Part shown: piece by piece, positions 40,698-50,108 of the stretch
How positions within the stretch are numbered: the stretch's first letter is position 1
Layout: every line of letters begins with the position of its first letter
Notes under the pieces: model-generated
Seen by the model: only the letters and a program-made list of their open reading frames with translations
Databases searched by the model: none
What the model was told of the DNA's origin: nothing
NCBI GenBank assembly: GCA_965226795.1
Contig: CBDDDZ010000005.1
Location: 672,001-736,000, forward strand
DNA: 64,000 bases
Direction of reading: 5' to 3'
Source: Candidatus Latescibacterota bacterium
Lineage (GTDB): Bacteria; Latescibacterota; UBA2968; GCA-2709665
Position numbers and translations under genes: made by a program

Positions 40698-40834
40698 GTT
40701 CAGGATTAACGGGACGAATCGGCTGAAACGTCATTAACTATCAATCTAATGAATATTCTTTAGAATAACGAGTGGGACCACCGCTCTGACAGAACCGGCG
40801 CGACCTTCGGCGTCCGGCCTCTCTTTCGCATAAT

Positions 40835-40926
40835 AAAAAAACGCGCGAACTGTCTACTTGCGCGTCGTATTCAGCAAAGCACCAGGTGACAAACGATCCT
40901 TTCCGTTGACACTCCTCCGCAAGTAG
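40835..40926 (-). promoter_or_regulatory. Attenuator-like structured leader upstream of thrS
   Basis: Terminator acgcgcaag-tagacag-ttcgcgcgt plus a U run (40865-40835). Its 5' arm overlaps a perfect 9-bp helix, CUACUUGCG (40926-40918) with CGCAAGUAG (40862-40854). Confidence 0.6.
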
Positions 40927-40957
40927 GTTGGTGGGCATATACTTATGCCATTCAATA

Positions 40958-40986
40958 AATTTAAATTATCAGGATCGGGTTGTCAA
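40958..40986 (-). promoter_or_regulatory. Sigma70-type promoter of the thrS operon
   Basis: TTGACA (40986-40981), 17 nt spacer, TAAATT (40963-40958). Confidence 0.65.
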
Positions 40987-41117
40987 GGGAAAACTCCGGT
41001 TCCGGCAGTGTAATTCAACGCAGATTCGTCCCGCGAGGAAGGCCTGCGGCGACCGACGTTTCGAGTCCCGCGTTGTGTATCCGGACAACGCTCTTTTCAG
41101 GAATGCTCACCATGTCG

Positions 41118-41771
41118 TTACGGGAGGTCGAGCATCTTGTGGACCCGACAGGATAGCCGCCATGCGGGGTGGCGTTTGAGGATTTCGAGGGTTTTGCCGA
41201 GGTATTCCGGTTTGCTTGACTCGGGTTGGAGGTAGACATACTCGGCGCGGTCCTCTTCGACGATGTCCTCGTGAAAGTTTTTTCCGACCACGTACTTGAG
41301 TTCGTTGATGAACCTGAGACCGCCCGCGATGGTTTTTCTCTTGGGGGAGACGGTCCAGTGCTCGATAAGGTCGTAGAGGTCGGGATCCGGATCGATGGCG
41401 CCGTTGGTTTCGATGTGGATGAAGTAATTCCCCGCTCGGAGTTCCCGGCAGAGCGGGCCGATGTTCTGGCCGAGGGGTTCGCCGCCGGTAAGGCAGACCC
41501 ATGAGGCGGTGTGGCGGCCGACTTCGGCCAGGATTTCGCCGATATCGAGTTCGGTGTACGTATCGAATTCGGTGTCGCAGAAGAAGCAGCGCAGGTTGCA
41601 TCTGGCGAGGCGTACGAAAGTGGTGGGCTGGCCGACGCGCAGACCCTCGCCTTCAATGGAGTAGAAGATCTCGTTAATCTGCAGCGTCCGGCCATCTTTG
41701 CGCCAGAGCGGCATCCGGTCGGCTGGCGCGTGAGGGATGCCTTCCAGCATGTCGGGGTCTCTAGGGGACAA
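41118..41771 (-). CDS. queE: 7-carboxy-7-deazaguanine synthase (radical SAM)
   Basis: NEIFYSIEGEG, FVRLARCNLRCFFCDT, LTGGEP, IETNG, TVSPK, YLQPE; start uncertain (TTG 41771 or ATG 41750). Confidence 0.9.
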   Translation of the reverse strand: MSPRDPDMLEGIPHAPADRMPLWRKDGRTLQINEIFYSIEGEGLRVGQPTTFVRLARCNLRCFFCDTEFDTYTELDIGEILAEVGRHTASWVCLTGGEPLGQNIGPLCRELRAGNYFIHIETNGAIDPDPDLYDLIEHWTVSPKRKTIAGGLRFINELKYVVGKNFHEDIVEEDRAEYVYLQPESSKPEYLGKTLEILKRHPAWRLSCRVHKMLDLP

Positions 41772-42024
41772 GACAGGCTCCGGTCGGTCGGCGTTATGTG
41801 GTTGTGTGCCGCAGAAGAGAAATAATGGAAAACCGGGACCTTAAACAAGGAAAATCCTTGACATCGTCCACCGCGATTTTAATATTCCTGACCGTTCTGG
41901 GCATCCACAGGGGAACACTCCTTTTTTTGTGACGATATCGTCGGGTGACCGGCGTTCCCGCAGGCGCGTCGATAGGATTCTTTCAAGCGGGTTGCGGTCC
42001 GCGGCGTTATTGAAGGGCGATCGT

Positions 42025-42705
42025 GTGGCAGACCGGACGTATGAAGCGGTGATATTCGATGTGGACGGTGTGATCGTGGATTCCGAAACGGTGTATTGCG
42101 AGACGTTCAACAGGACATTGGCGGATTACGGTGCAGGGATAAGCCCGGACGATTATGCGGTTTGCGTGGGGCATCCGGTGGAAGAAAACAGCGCGTACGC
42201 CGTCGAACGATACGGATTGGATGTGACGCCCGCCCTGTTCCGCGAGATCTGGATGGTTCGATTCGAGGAAGCGATCTCAGATCCCGAGCGGGTGTTGTTG
42301 ATGCCGGGAATCCAGGAACTGCTGGCGCATGTCCGGTCCCGTGGCTACCTGCTCGCCCTGGCTTCGTCTACGCAACGTTGCCGGATGATGAAGACGCTGG
42401 GCAGCGGTCTGCTATCCAGAATGGATGCCGTACATGACCTGGCCGATGTGTTTGACGTCATGCTGTCCGGCAGCGACGTCGAACGGCTGAAACCGGCGCC
42501 GGATATCTATTTGATGGCGGCCGAGAAACTGGCGGTCGAACCGGAGCGATGCGCGGTAATCGAAGATAGCGAGGCGGGCGTCAAAGCCGGCAGGGCCGCC
42601 GGGATGACCGTGTTCGCGGTGCCGAATTTCTTCACAACGCGTCAGTACCACGGCGACGCCGATTTCGTCCTTGGCGGACTGACGGACGCGTTACGGTATT
42701 TTTGA
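42025..42705 (+). CDS. HAD-superfamily phosphatase (beta-PGM/CbbY-like)
   Basis: FDVDGVIVDSE, ALASS, KPAPDIY, IEDSEAG; GTG 42025. Confidence 0.9.
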   Translation: MADRTYEAVIFDVDGVIVDSETVYCETFNRTLADYGAGISPDDYAVCVGHPVEENSAYAVERYGLDVTPALFREIWMVRFEEAISDPERVLLMPGIQELLAHVRSRGYLLALASSTQRCRMMKTLGSGLLSRMDAVHDLADVFDVMLSGSDVERLKPAPDIYLMAAEKLAVEPERCAVIEDSEAGVKAGRAAGMTVFAVPNFFTTRQYHGDADFVLGGLTDALRYF

Positions 42706-42752
42706 AATCGGCAGCGACCCGGTGCTGGAAACGGCCGCTTCCCCGCCGGGCG

Positions 42753-43475
42753 TCAGGCGTACGTCTCGGCGTCGTCTTCGGGGGCGTAGCCGAGTTCCTC
42801 GCGGGCGTTTCGGAGGTCCCAGTATGCGCGGGTATTGTTCGATATGCCGTAGTAAATGCCGAAGTGAACTTCGGTTTCGATGCTGCATCTCACGAGTTGA
42901 ACGGTATCGCGGTGGCTGAGCCAGGACGCGAGGATCCGGTCGCTCGCGCGATTGATGACGGATTCAGCGGGCTGGAAGGAACCGATGCGCAGGCAGATAA
43001 CCGATAGTCCGAAGGCGTCCGCGTAGTAACGGCCCAGGTCTTCTCCGTAGGCTTTGCTGGCGCCGTAGAAACTGTCCGGCCGCGCGTTCACCTCGGTCGT
43101 CGTTCCGATGCCGTTTTTTTCGTAGTATCCGGTCACGTGGTTGCTGCTGGCGAACACGACGCGTTCGACGCCCGTCCGCCGGGTCGCTTCGTAGACGGTG
43201 TACGTGCCGCGGATGTTAGCCTCGAGGATGTCTTCGAAGGAGGCGTTCCCGTTCGGATTCCCGGCCATGTGTACAACGGCGTCCACGCCGTCCACCGCTT
43301 CCACCACTTTGTCCATATCCGTAATACTAGAAATATGCACCTCTTCATCGGGTCGGGCCGGCAGGATGGCGTTGTGGTAAAGCAGCCTGAGGCGGTAGTC
43401 GTCCCTTAATCCTTCTCGCAGAACGCGGCTGATCCTGCCGGCAGCGCCTGTGATGAGGATTTTCTTTTTTTCCAC
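42753..43475 (-). CDS. NAD-dependent epimerase/dehydratase, uronate dehydrogenase-like
   Basis: ITGAAGRI, FASSNH, RPDSFYGASK, CLRIGSF, YGISNN; true start GTG 43475. Confidence 0.85.
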   Translation of the reverse strand: MEKKKILITGAAGRISRVLREGLRDDYRLRLLYHNAILPARPDEEVHISSITDMDKVVEAVDGVDAVVHMAGNPNGNASFEDILEANIRGTYTVYEATRRTGVERVVFASSNHVTGYYEKNGIGTTTEVNARPDSFYGASKAYGEDLGRYYADAFGLSVICLRIGSFQPAESVINRASDRILASWLSHRDTVQLVRCSIETEVHFGIYYGISNNTRAYWDLRNAREELGYAPEDDAETYA

Positions 43476-43753
43476 GCGTAGCCTCTCAAATAGGCCGTGA
43501 GTGCAGATCGGCTGGCCCCGCGACCCGGATCGATAATACGTAGATATGACGCTCTGCCGGCGGGGAACGTGTGTCGTCTTCCGGACATTGTCCTGCACAA
43601 TATGTACTCCGGACGGCTCTCGGTCAAATCTGCCGTAAAGCGAAGGGTCGTCCGGGACCCGGTTCCGCCGCGGCATTCCCGGAAGGGCACACTGGGGCGT
43701 CCATGCCTGCAGGATGTTGTCGGTGAGGGATGGTCTGCTCGTCCGGTCGGGCC

Positions 43754-44590
43754 TTACAATGGCTTGACATCGGCCCATTCGGGAAGGAGCCTGGCGGCAT
43801 TGTTCCAGAGAATGTCTCTCATGGTCTTTTCGGAAAGATCGGCGCCCAGGGTCTTTCCAAGGCATTGGCCGAACAGGCGGACCGGCAGGTCCGACGCGAA
43901 GACGACGCGTCCGCCTCCCAGGGCGTCCACGGCGGTTTCTACAATGCCGGTCTCGGGATCCCCGCCGCCGGTGTCCACCACCAGGTTGGGGCAGTCCACG
44001 ACGTGCTCGATGCCCCTGAGCCCGCATCCATTGAGGTGGGCCATGATGATTTTCGCGCAGGGGTGTCGGCGAGCCAGGTCGGCCACGTCCTGAGGAAAGG
44101 ATTCGCCTGGCAGGTTGCCGGTGGTTTTGTCCCACGCATGCTGCAGAACGGGGACGCCGAGTTCGGCGGCGCGTTGCATAATCGGATCCAGGCCGGGGTC
44201 GGTGGCTCGGCGTGCCACCCAGAGCTTGATGCCGCACATGCGCTCTTTTATGATACAGCGGTCTATTTCGTCGACGGAATGGTCGGGATAGGCCGGATTC
44301 ACGTAGCAGAAGGGCAGGAAGGCCTCGGGCGCGAGATCGCGCATCCGCAGGTTGTAGTCGTTGCCGTCGCGGCAGTGTTGCATTGCGGGTTCATGGAGGC
44401 GGCTGCCTGCCCCCGATGCGGGATGCAGCAGAAAGATGCACATTTTCGTAATCCCGGCGCGTCTGGCGGCTTCCAGGATTTTGTGAGCGTCGGTTTGCAC
44501 GGAGGGCGCGCCGGGTCCGAGAGGGTGAACGTGCACGTCCAGGACGTCACAGGGCGGCTTCAGTTTGTCTCTCAACGTCGAAAGGTTCAC
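43754..44590 (-). CDS. Amidohydrolase_2 family metallo-hydrolase (paralogue A')
   Basis: DVHVH, YVNP, GIKLW, LQHAW, MAHL, DTGGG, FASD. Confidence 0.85.
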   Translation of the reverse strand: MNLSTLRDKLKPPCDVLDVHVHPLGPGAPSVQTDAHKILEAARRAGITKMCIFLLHPASGAGSRLHEPAMQHCRDGNDYNLRMRDLAPEAFLPFCYVNPAYPDHSVDEIDRCIIKERMCGIKLWVARRATDPGLDPIMQRAAELGVPVLQHAWDKTTGNLPGESFPQDVADLARRHPCAKIIMAHLNGCGLRGIEHVVDCPNLVVDTGGGDPETGIVETAVDALGGGRVVFASDLPVRLFGQCLGKTLGADLSEKTMRDILWNNAARLLPEWADVKPL

Positions 44591-44603
44591 GCCTACCCCC
44601 TTT

Positions 44604-45356
44604 TTACCAGTTGACGATTCGCTCGGCATTCCCGCCGAGGATGGCTGCGGCATCGACGTCGGAGAGGTCGGTGACCACACGCGAAAGGGCTGAGTAGGGG
44701 ATGAAAAGGGGAGCGTGTGAGCCGAACAGCAATCTGTCTCTCAGGCCGTCTTCGACCAGAACTTTTACCGCATCCATGCCGTCCGACTGGGAAACGTCGG
44801 CGTAGAGGTTGGGCAGGTCAAGAAGTCTGTCTTTAAGCGCCCTGATCTCACCCGTGCGAGGGCCGCCGATGATGACGAGAAGATCGGAGTGGCGTTCCGC
44901 GGCGTCCGCGATTTCGGCGGCTGGGACGTCGGGTACCTGGGCGAGCGGATGCTGCCGCCGGGGATCCTCGAGACGGGTCTGGACGATGACACCCAGCCCG
45001 GCGCCGGCGAGGGACGCGAACAGGTCGGACGCGAAGTCCATATCGTACCCGGAATAGGCGGGCAGGAGTTTGACCAGCCTGACCCGGGGCTGCGCTTTCG
45101 CCCGTTCGAGTTCGTCGCGCCACGTGGCGATGGTCGGATCCAGGACGGGTACGGGAAAGACGTCGTTGGTGGCGCCCGACGCGGCGTAGAGGTCGTCGTT
45201 GTACCGATGGGGGTTGCGGCACCACGCGGCGTCGAGGGGTGACACGCAGATGCGTTCCACGCCGTAGTCCGTGAGGGACGCGCGCACGCGGTCCAGGGCG
45301 CCGACAACGGGATGGGAGGGCCAGTGTCCGGTGTAGGCGTTGATGTCGATGATCAT
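44604..45356 (-). CDS. Amidohydrolase-fold protein with degenerate metal ligands
   Basis: IIDINAYTG in place of DxHxH; KLLPAYSGY, PNLYADVS, LLFGSHAP, LGGNA. Confidence 0.75.
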   Translation of the reverse strand: MIIDINAYTGHWPSHPVVGALDRVRASLTDYGVERICVSPLDAAWCRNPHRYNDDLYAASGATNDVFPVPVLDPTIATWRDELERAKAQPRVRLVKLLPAYSGYDMDFASDLFASLAGAGLGVIVQTRLEDPRRQHPLAQVPDVPAAEIADAAERHSDLLVIIGGPRTGEIRALKDRLLDLPNLYADVSQSDGMDAVKVLVEDGLRDRLLFGSHAPLFIPYSALSRVVTDLSDVDAAAILGGNAERIVNW

Positions 45357-45428
45357 AGAGTTCTCCGTACGTAAATTGTATTCATTTCAGGCGAGAAGGA
45401 CCCGCCGCTCCGGGGCCGCAACGATCGG

Positions 45429-46262
45429 TCAGAGGGTTTCGACGCCGACCCACGCCGGCAGAAGGCGGGCGGTGTTATTCCACAGGATCTCTTTTTTCAC
45501 GGTGTCCGGGAGATCGGTGCCGAGCGTCTTGCCGAGTTGTACCCCGAAGTGGCGGATCGGGGCGTCGGAGCCGTAGACGATGCGCTCAGGCCCGATGGTT
45601 GATGCGGCCGCTTCGACGATTCCGCTGTCCGGGTCACCTCCCGAGGTGTCTACGTAAATGTTGGGACAGCCCGCCACGTCTTCCATGCCGGCAAGCCCGC
45701 AGCCATTCATGTGAGCCATGATGATGTTCGCCTTCGGGTGGCGCCGCGCCAGGTGAACCACGTCGGCGGGAAAGGACTCGCCCACAAGATTGCCGTCTGT
45801 TTTGATCCACGCGTGTTGCAGCACCGGAACACCGAATTGTACGGCGCGTTCCAGGATGGGATCCAGGCCCGGATCGGTGGCGCGGCGGGCGACCCACAAC
45901 TTGATGCCCCCCATGCGCTCGCTTTCGATACAGCGGTCGATTTCGGCAACGGATTCTGCGGGGTACATCGGATTGACATAACAGAAGGGGATGAAGGTAT
46001 CCGGTGCGAGATCACGCATGGCGAGGGCGTAGTCGTTGGCCCGCCTGCACTGCTCAACCGTCGGTTCTCTAGGGCAGGTGGTGTACAGCGAAAAAAGGCA
46101 CATCTTTTCCACCCCGGCGCGCGTGGCGGATTCGATAATGTGCCGCGCGTCTTCTCTGGCGTCGGCTATCCTGTAAAGACCGAAGCAATCCAGAGGATGA
46201 ACGTGGACGTCGAATGCCGGACATGGCGGTTTCAGGCGGTTCGTCAGTTGGGACGGCGTCAT
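45429..46262 (-). CDS. Amidohydrolase_2 family metallo-hydrolase (paralogue A)
   Basis: DVHVH, YVNP, GIKLW, LQHAW, MAHM, DTSGG, YGSD. Confidence 0.85.
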   Translation of the reverse strand: MTPSQLTNRLKPPCPAFDVHVHPLDCFGLYRIADAREDARHIIESATRAGVEKMCLFSLYTTCPREPTVEQCRRANDYALAMRDLAPDTFIPFCYVNPMYPAESVAEIDRCIESERMGGIKLWVARRATDPGLDPILERAVQFGVPVLQHAWIKTDGNLVGESFPADVVHLARRHPKANIIMAHMNGCGLAGMEDVAGCPNIYVDTSGGDPDSGIVEAAASTIGPERIVYGSDAPIRHFGVQLGKTLGTDLPDTVKKEILWNNTARLLPAWVGVETL

Positions 46263-46335
46263 CGCTTTTTCTCCGGGATAAAGCGTTCTTTACGTACTGA
46301 CACGGTTGCCGCGGTTGTTTTTTCCTATATTTCCC

Positions 46336-46364
46336 TTGCCCCTGCAATTGGTCCCATATATAAT
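46336..46364 (+). promoter_or_regulatory. Sigma70-type promoter for the nucleotidyltransferase gene
   Basis: TTGCCC, 17 nt spacer, TATAAT (46359-46364). Confidence 0.55.
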
Positions 46365-46561
46365 TAACCTACGGTGAATTGTCAGCAGATTTCGACCCTG
46401 CCAGCGCAGATACGGGATGTCGATCCCGTGTTATCACCGAACCCGAACTGCCTCGCTATTCGGAAGGCAAAAATGGATTCCTTCAACAAGCGGTCCTGAA
46501 GCGATACCGCACAGTCAGGGGCCCGTGCGCCGAGTGGTCGGACTCGGGCCCGTGGAAGAAG

Positions 46562-47371
46562 ATGAAAGCAATCGTTATCGCGGCGGGATACGCCACCCGA
46601 CTGTACCCGCTGACGGAAAATTTCCCGAAGGGGCTCCTCAAGGTAGGCGGGCGCGCGATCGTGGATTATCTGATGGATCAGATCGAGTCCGTTCCCGGTC
46701 TGGATGGGATCTATCTGATAACCAACAGGCGGTTCGCCGGCCATTTCGAGCGGTGGTCGGCCGCGCGGAACGGCCGCCTCGGCATTGACGTGATCGACGA
46801 CGGTACCACGTCCAACGAGAATCGGATGGGCGCGGTTGGGGACATCCGGTTCGCCATTCGGGCGCGGGCCATTTCGGATGACGTACTCGTATGCGGTTCG
46901 GACAATCTGTTCCGGTTTCGTCTGAAGGATCTGGTGGCGGACTTCCGTGCGAATCCGGTGGCGCACATCTGCGTGTGTCACGTGGACGATCCGGAGGACC
47001 GCAGGAGGCATGGGATAGCAATACTGGATGCCGGGAACCGGGTGGTGAAGTTTGCCGAAAAACCCGATGAACCGGAGTCGTCCTGGGGCTCCGCGGCCTT
47101 TTACGTATATCCGGCATCGACGCTGAAGCGGTTCGACGAGTATATCGACAGCGGGCGGACGCCGGATGCGCCGGGGCACTTCGTCGAGTGGCTTTGTCAG
47201 GTGGAGCCCGTGTATGCGCACAGGATACAGGGCTCGGCGATCGATATCGGGAGTCCCGAGGCGCTGGATCGTGCCCGGCGTGAATATGGCAGTACGGGCG
47301 GCTCGTGTTCTGACCCGGAAATAGATCCCCGAAATTCGGCCGACGTGTCGCCCGGCTCGAAAGGCGCCTGA
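46562..47371 (+). CDS. Sugar-phosphate nucleotidyltransferase family protein
   Basis: AIVIAAGYATRLYPLT..FPKGLL, GSDNLF, FAEKP, DIGSPE. Confidence 0.88.
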   Translation: MKAIVIAAGYATRLYPLTENFPKGLLKVGGRAIVDYLMDQIESVPGLDGIYLITNRRFAGHFERWSAARNGRLGIDVIDDGTTSNENRMGAVGDIRFAIRARAISDDVLVCGSDNLFRFRLKDLVADFRANPVAHICVCHVDDPEDRRRHGIAILDAGNRVVKFAEKPDEPESSWGSAAFYVYPASTLKRFDEYIDSGRTPDAPGHFVEWLCQVEPVYAHRIQGSAIDIGSPEALDRARREYGSTGGSCSDPEIDPRNSADVSPGSKGA

Positions 47372-47403
47372 GCGAGGCGACCCGCGGAAGGCCGGCGGGC
47401 GCG

Positions 47404-47602
47404 TTTCGATAGGCTCAACGCACGCAACTCCCGCAACGCCCACAGTTAACGACATTGGGCCAGCACCTTGAGCCGCTCCTTGAGCCTGTCGAAGGTTAGC
47501 GAAACGTGGGCATTTCGACAAGCTCAATGCCCACGTTTCGACAAGCCGTTTCGACACGCTTGCTTCGACAGGCTAAGTACCGGCAACGCACGCAACGCAC
47601 AC
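47404..47602. repeat. Cluster of REP-like TTCGACARGCTCA / TGAGCYTGTCGAA repeats
   Basis: tttcgataggctcaa, ttgagcctgtcgaagg, tttcgacaagctcaa, tttcgacaagcc, tttcgacacgct, cttcgacaggctaa, plus aacgcacgcaac twice; another copy near 50294 (cgagcttgtcgaag). Confidence 0.7.
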
Positions 47603-47617
47603 GATTGGGGTGGGTAT

Positions 47618-49075
47618 ATGGGCCGCCGCGTTTTCAAAGGCGCGATATTTCTCCTGCTGATTCCAGTTGCGGTGTCTGCACATAGTCTGGGCGCGGATTT
47701 CGACGGAGACCGAGAGGTGGGGTTTTCCGATTTCCTGCTGTTTGCCAAATCGTACGGATCAACAAATGCCCGATTCGACCTGAATGACGACGGCCGGGTG
47801 GACTTCGACGATTTTCTATTGTTCTCCAAGGATTACGGTAAGGTCGCGCACGAGGAGGGAGAGACGGAGGTGGGGGGTGTCCGCTCGACGTTCGAGGCGA
47901 TACAGGACCACATATTCAACGAAAGTTGCATCAGCAGTTCCTGCCACAGTTCGGCATGGGCAGCCGCCGGGCTATCGCTCGAACCGGACGTGGCATACGA
48001 TCAACTGGTGGGGCGGATACCACAGAACGCGGCGGCGCGGGAAGACGGAATGCTGCTGATCAAGGCGGGGGATCCCAAACAGAGTTTTCTAATGACAAAG
48101 CTGACCGGGTCCGGGGTAGGCTACGGCGATCCGATGCCCAGGTCGTATTCCAGTCTGAGCGGTGTCGCGATCGACGCGATTCGGGCCTGGATCGCGGCGG
48201 GGGCTCACCGGGATAGCGTGGTGGCGAATGCGCCGGACCTGGACCGGGTGCTGCACAGGACGGAGTTTTATTTTGAACCGCCAGCGCCGCCCCCGCGGGG
48301 TGTACAGCTACACCTGAGGCCATTTGCGATCGCGCCACGGTCGGAGCGGGAGATTTTTTCGACGATACGGCTGGGTGCGGCCGAAGACCTGATGGTGAAC
48401 AAGATCGAAGTGGTGCAGCCGCAGGGCAGCCATCATTTCATCATCTATCGGGCAACGGACGAGAACCCGCCGCCGCCTGGCATTCGAGACCTGGATCCGA
48501 TCGATCCCTTGCAGGCTCTCGGGATCTTCAACAAACGGTTTATCGTGGGCAGCCAGTCGTCGAAGGCCGTGTTCGAGTTTCCACGCGGCATTGCCATTCC
48601 GATGCCCGCGGATGCAGTCTACGAACTGAACTCCCATTTCGTGAATACGTCGGGTGAGAGTACCCTCATCGGCGAGGTGTACGTCAATCTGCATACGATA
48701 CCCGCCGACAGCGTCAAAACGGTGACAAGACCCATCTTTGTCAGTAATTTCGGCATTCGGGTTCCGTCGGGTCAAACGGTGACCACCGGTAACGACTGGA
48801 CGCTGCAGCAAGACGTCAACGTGATCATGCTGTCCTCGCACATGCATCGCCATGGCCGGCGGTTCGATATTTTCCTGGGTGACGAACGGATCTACCGGAG
48901 CGAGGAATGGGACGAGCCAGTGACACTCGTGTTCAATCCTGCACTTGAGGTTAAAGCGGGAGAAAGGGTGAGATTCGAGTGTACCCACGAAAATGACGAC
49001 AAGGATTTCACCATTCGATTCGGATTTACGGCTGAAAACGACGAAATGTGCATCATGCTGGGGTATTACTATTGA
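47618..49075 (+). CDS. Secreted fusion: dockerin/EF-hand-like, cytochrome c-like (CX4CH) and PHM/DBH-type copper monooxygenase domains
   Basis: Signal peptide; DFDGDREVGFSDF...DLNDDGRVDFDDF; CISSSCH...PMP...IRAWIAAGA; SHH, NSH, HMH, EMC. Confidence 0.75.
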   Translation: MGRRVFKGAIFLLLIPVAVSAHSLGADFDGDREVGFSDFLLFAKSYGSTNARFDLNDDGRVDFDDFLLFSKDYGKVAHEEGETEVGGVRSTFEAIQDHIFNESCISSSCHSSAWAAAGLSLEPDVAYDQLVGRIPQNAAAREDGMLLIKAGDPKQSFLMTKLTGSGVGYGDPMPRSYSSLSGVAIDAIRAWIAAGAHRDSVVANAPDLDRVLHRTEFYFEPPAPPPRGVQLHLRPFAIAPRSEREIFSTIRLGAAEDLMVNKIEVVQPQGSHHFIIYRATDENPPPPGIRDLDPIDPLQALGIFNKRFIVGSQSSKAVFEFPRGIAIPMPADAVYELNSHFVNTSGESTLIGEVYVNLHTIPADSVKTVTRPIFVSNFGIRVPSGQTVTTGNDWTLQQDVNVIMLSSHMHRHGRRFDIFLGDERIYRSEEWDEPVTLVFNPALEVKAGERVRFECTHENDDKDFTIRFGFTAENDEMCIMLGYYY

Positions 49076-49146
49076 GAAACCCGGGATCGGGTTACCACGA
49101 AGGGATGCGCTCCAGGCGCAATCTCGGACAGGTGGCGCGGGATCTC

Positions 49147-49917
49147 TCAGGCGACGTTCCGCAGGACCTCTTCAAGCAAGACCCCGTTGGTGGAAATGGC
49201 TTCTCCGCCCCGAATGGTCGCGTTTCCGCTCCAGTCCGTAAACGTGCCGCCCGCTTCCTCCAGAATGGGCTGCAATGCGGCGCAGTCCCACACCGCCATA
49301 ACGGGGTCCAGCATGATTTCCGCACGGCCGGTGGCGACCAGGATGTGACCGTAACAATCGCCCCATCCCCGGCAGTAGGCGACCTTTCCTGCGAGGTTTC
49401 GGTACGCGCCATCCTTGCCGTATTCGGCAAACGATTCGAAGTCGGTCGCACACAACAGGGCGTCTTCCAGACGTGAGACCCCGGATACGCTTGCCGGCCG
49501 GCCGTTCCACATGCAGCCCGAACCTCTGGCGGCGCAGACCATCTCGTTCATGGCAGGGAGATTGACCACGCCCACGGACGGGACGCCGCCGATTTCCACG
49601 CAGATCATCACGCCGTAGAGTGGAACGCCGTGCACGAAGGACCTGGTGCCGTCGATCGGGTCGATGATCCAGCGACGGCCGGTCCGGCCGGTCCGGTCGC
49701 CGAATTCCTCTCCGACGATGGCATCGTCCGGGAAGCTGTCCTTTATCAACTCGGCGATCCGTCTTTCCGCGGCGCGGTCGGCTTCTGTAACGGGGCTATT
49801 GTCGGACTTTCTGTCAACGTGCACACCTGTCTGGAAGTGCCGAAGGGTAATGCGGCCCGCCTGCCAGGCCGCATGGGTGCTGAAAGCCAGGAGATCCTGG
49901 AGAGAAGGCTCTGCCAT
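49147..49917 (-). CDS. hisN: Histidinol-phosphate phosphatase (inositol monophosphatase family)
   Basis: KSDNSPVTEAD, GEEFG, WIIDPIDGTRSF, RGWGDCYG, WDCAA. Confidence 0.85.
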   Translation of the reverse strand: MAEPSLQDLLAFSTHAAWQAGRITLRHFQTGVHVDRKSDNSPVTEADRAAERRIAELIKDSFPDDAIVGEEFGDRTGRTGRRWIIDPIDGTRSFVHGVPLYGVMICVEIGGVPSVGVVNLPAMNEMVCAARGSGCMWNGRPASVSGVSRLEDALLCATDFESFAEYGKDGAYRNLAGKVAYCRGWGDCYGHILVATGRAEIMLDPVMAVWDCAALQPILEEAGGTFTDWSGNATIRGGEAISTNGVLLEEVLRNVA

Positions 49918-50073
49918 GGGCGTCCCTTTCGCTGTTTTTCGAGGTGCAATGCCTCTATCCGGCTGTCCGCCTCCGCACGGCGGAATTGAGCCGGGGTTGA
50001 TCCGTTCGTGGCTGGAATGTATGCAGGTGTCGGAAAGATGTCAAGTCCGCGCCGGCAATGCGCAGAGTTCTGC

Positions 50074-50102
50074 TTGCGTTTTCGGCACGGAATAGTTATA
50101 TT
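50074..50102 (+). promoter_or_regulatory. Sigma70-type promoter
   Basis: TTGCGT (50074-50079), 17 nt spacer, TATATT (50097-50102). Confidence 0.6.
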
Positions 50103-50108
50103 TTTCTG

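Noticed and set aside
40741..40938. Thr-sensing leader peptide or T-box for thrS
   Set aside because: The 65-codon ORF has only three scattered Thr codons, and there is no UGGN-ACC T-box bulge with a matching Stem I.
43476..44237. N-terminal extension of the 494-aa ORF (fusion or frameshift)
   Set aside because: It is an alternative frame of the amidohydrolase plus intergenic DNA; the SDR has its own SD and GTG start at 43475.
47404..47602. Possible CRISPR array
   Set aside because: Repeats are about 14 nt, in mixed orientation and irregularly spaced, with no unique 30-40 nt spacers and no cas genes.
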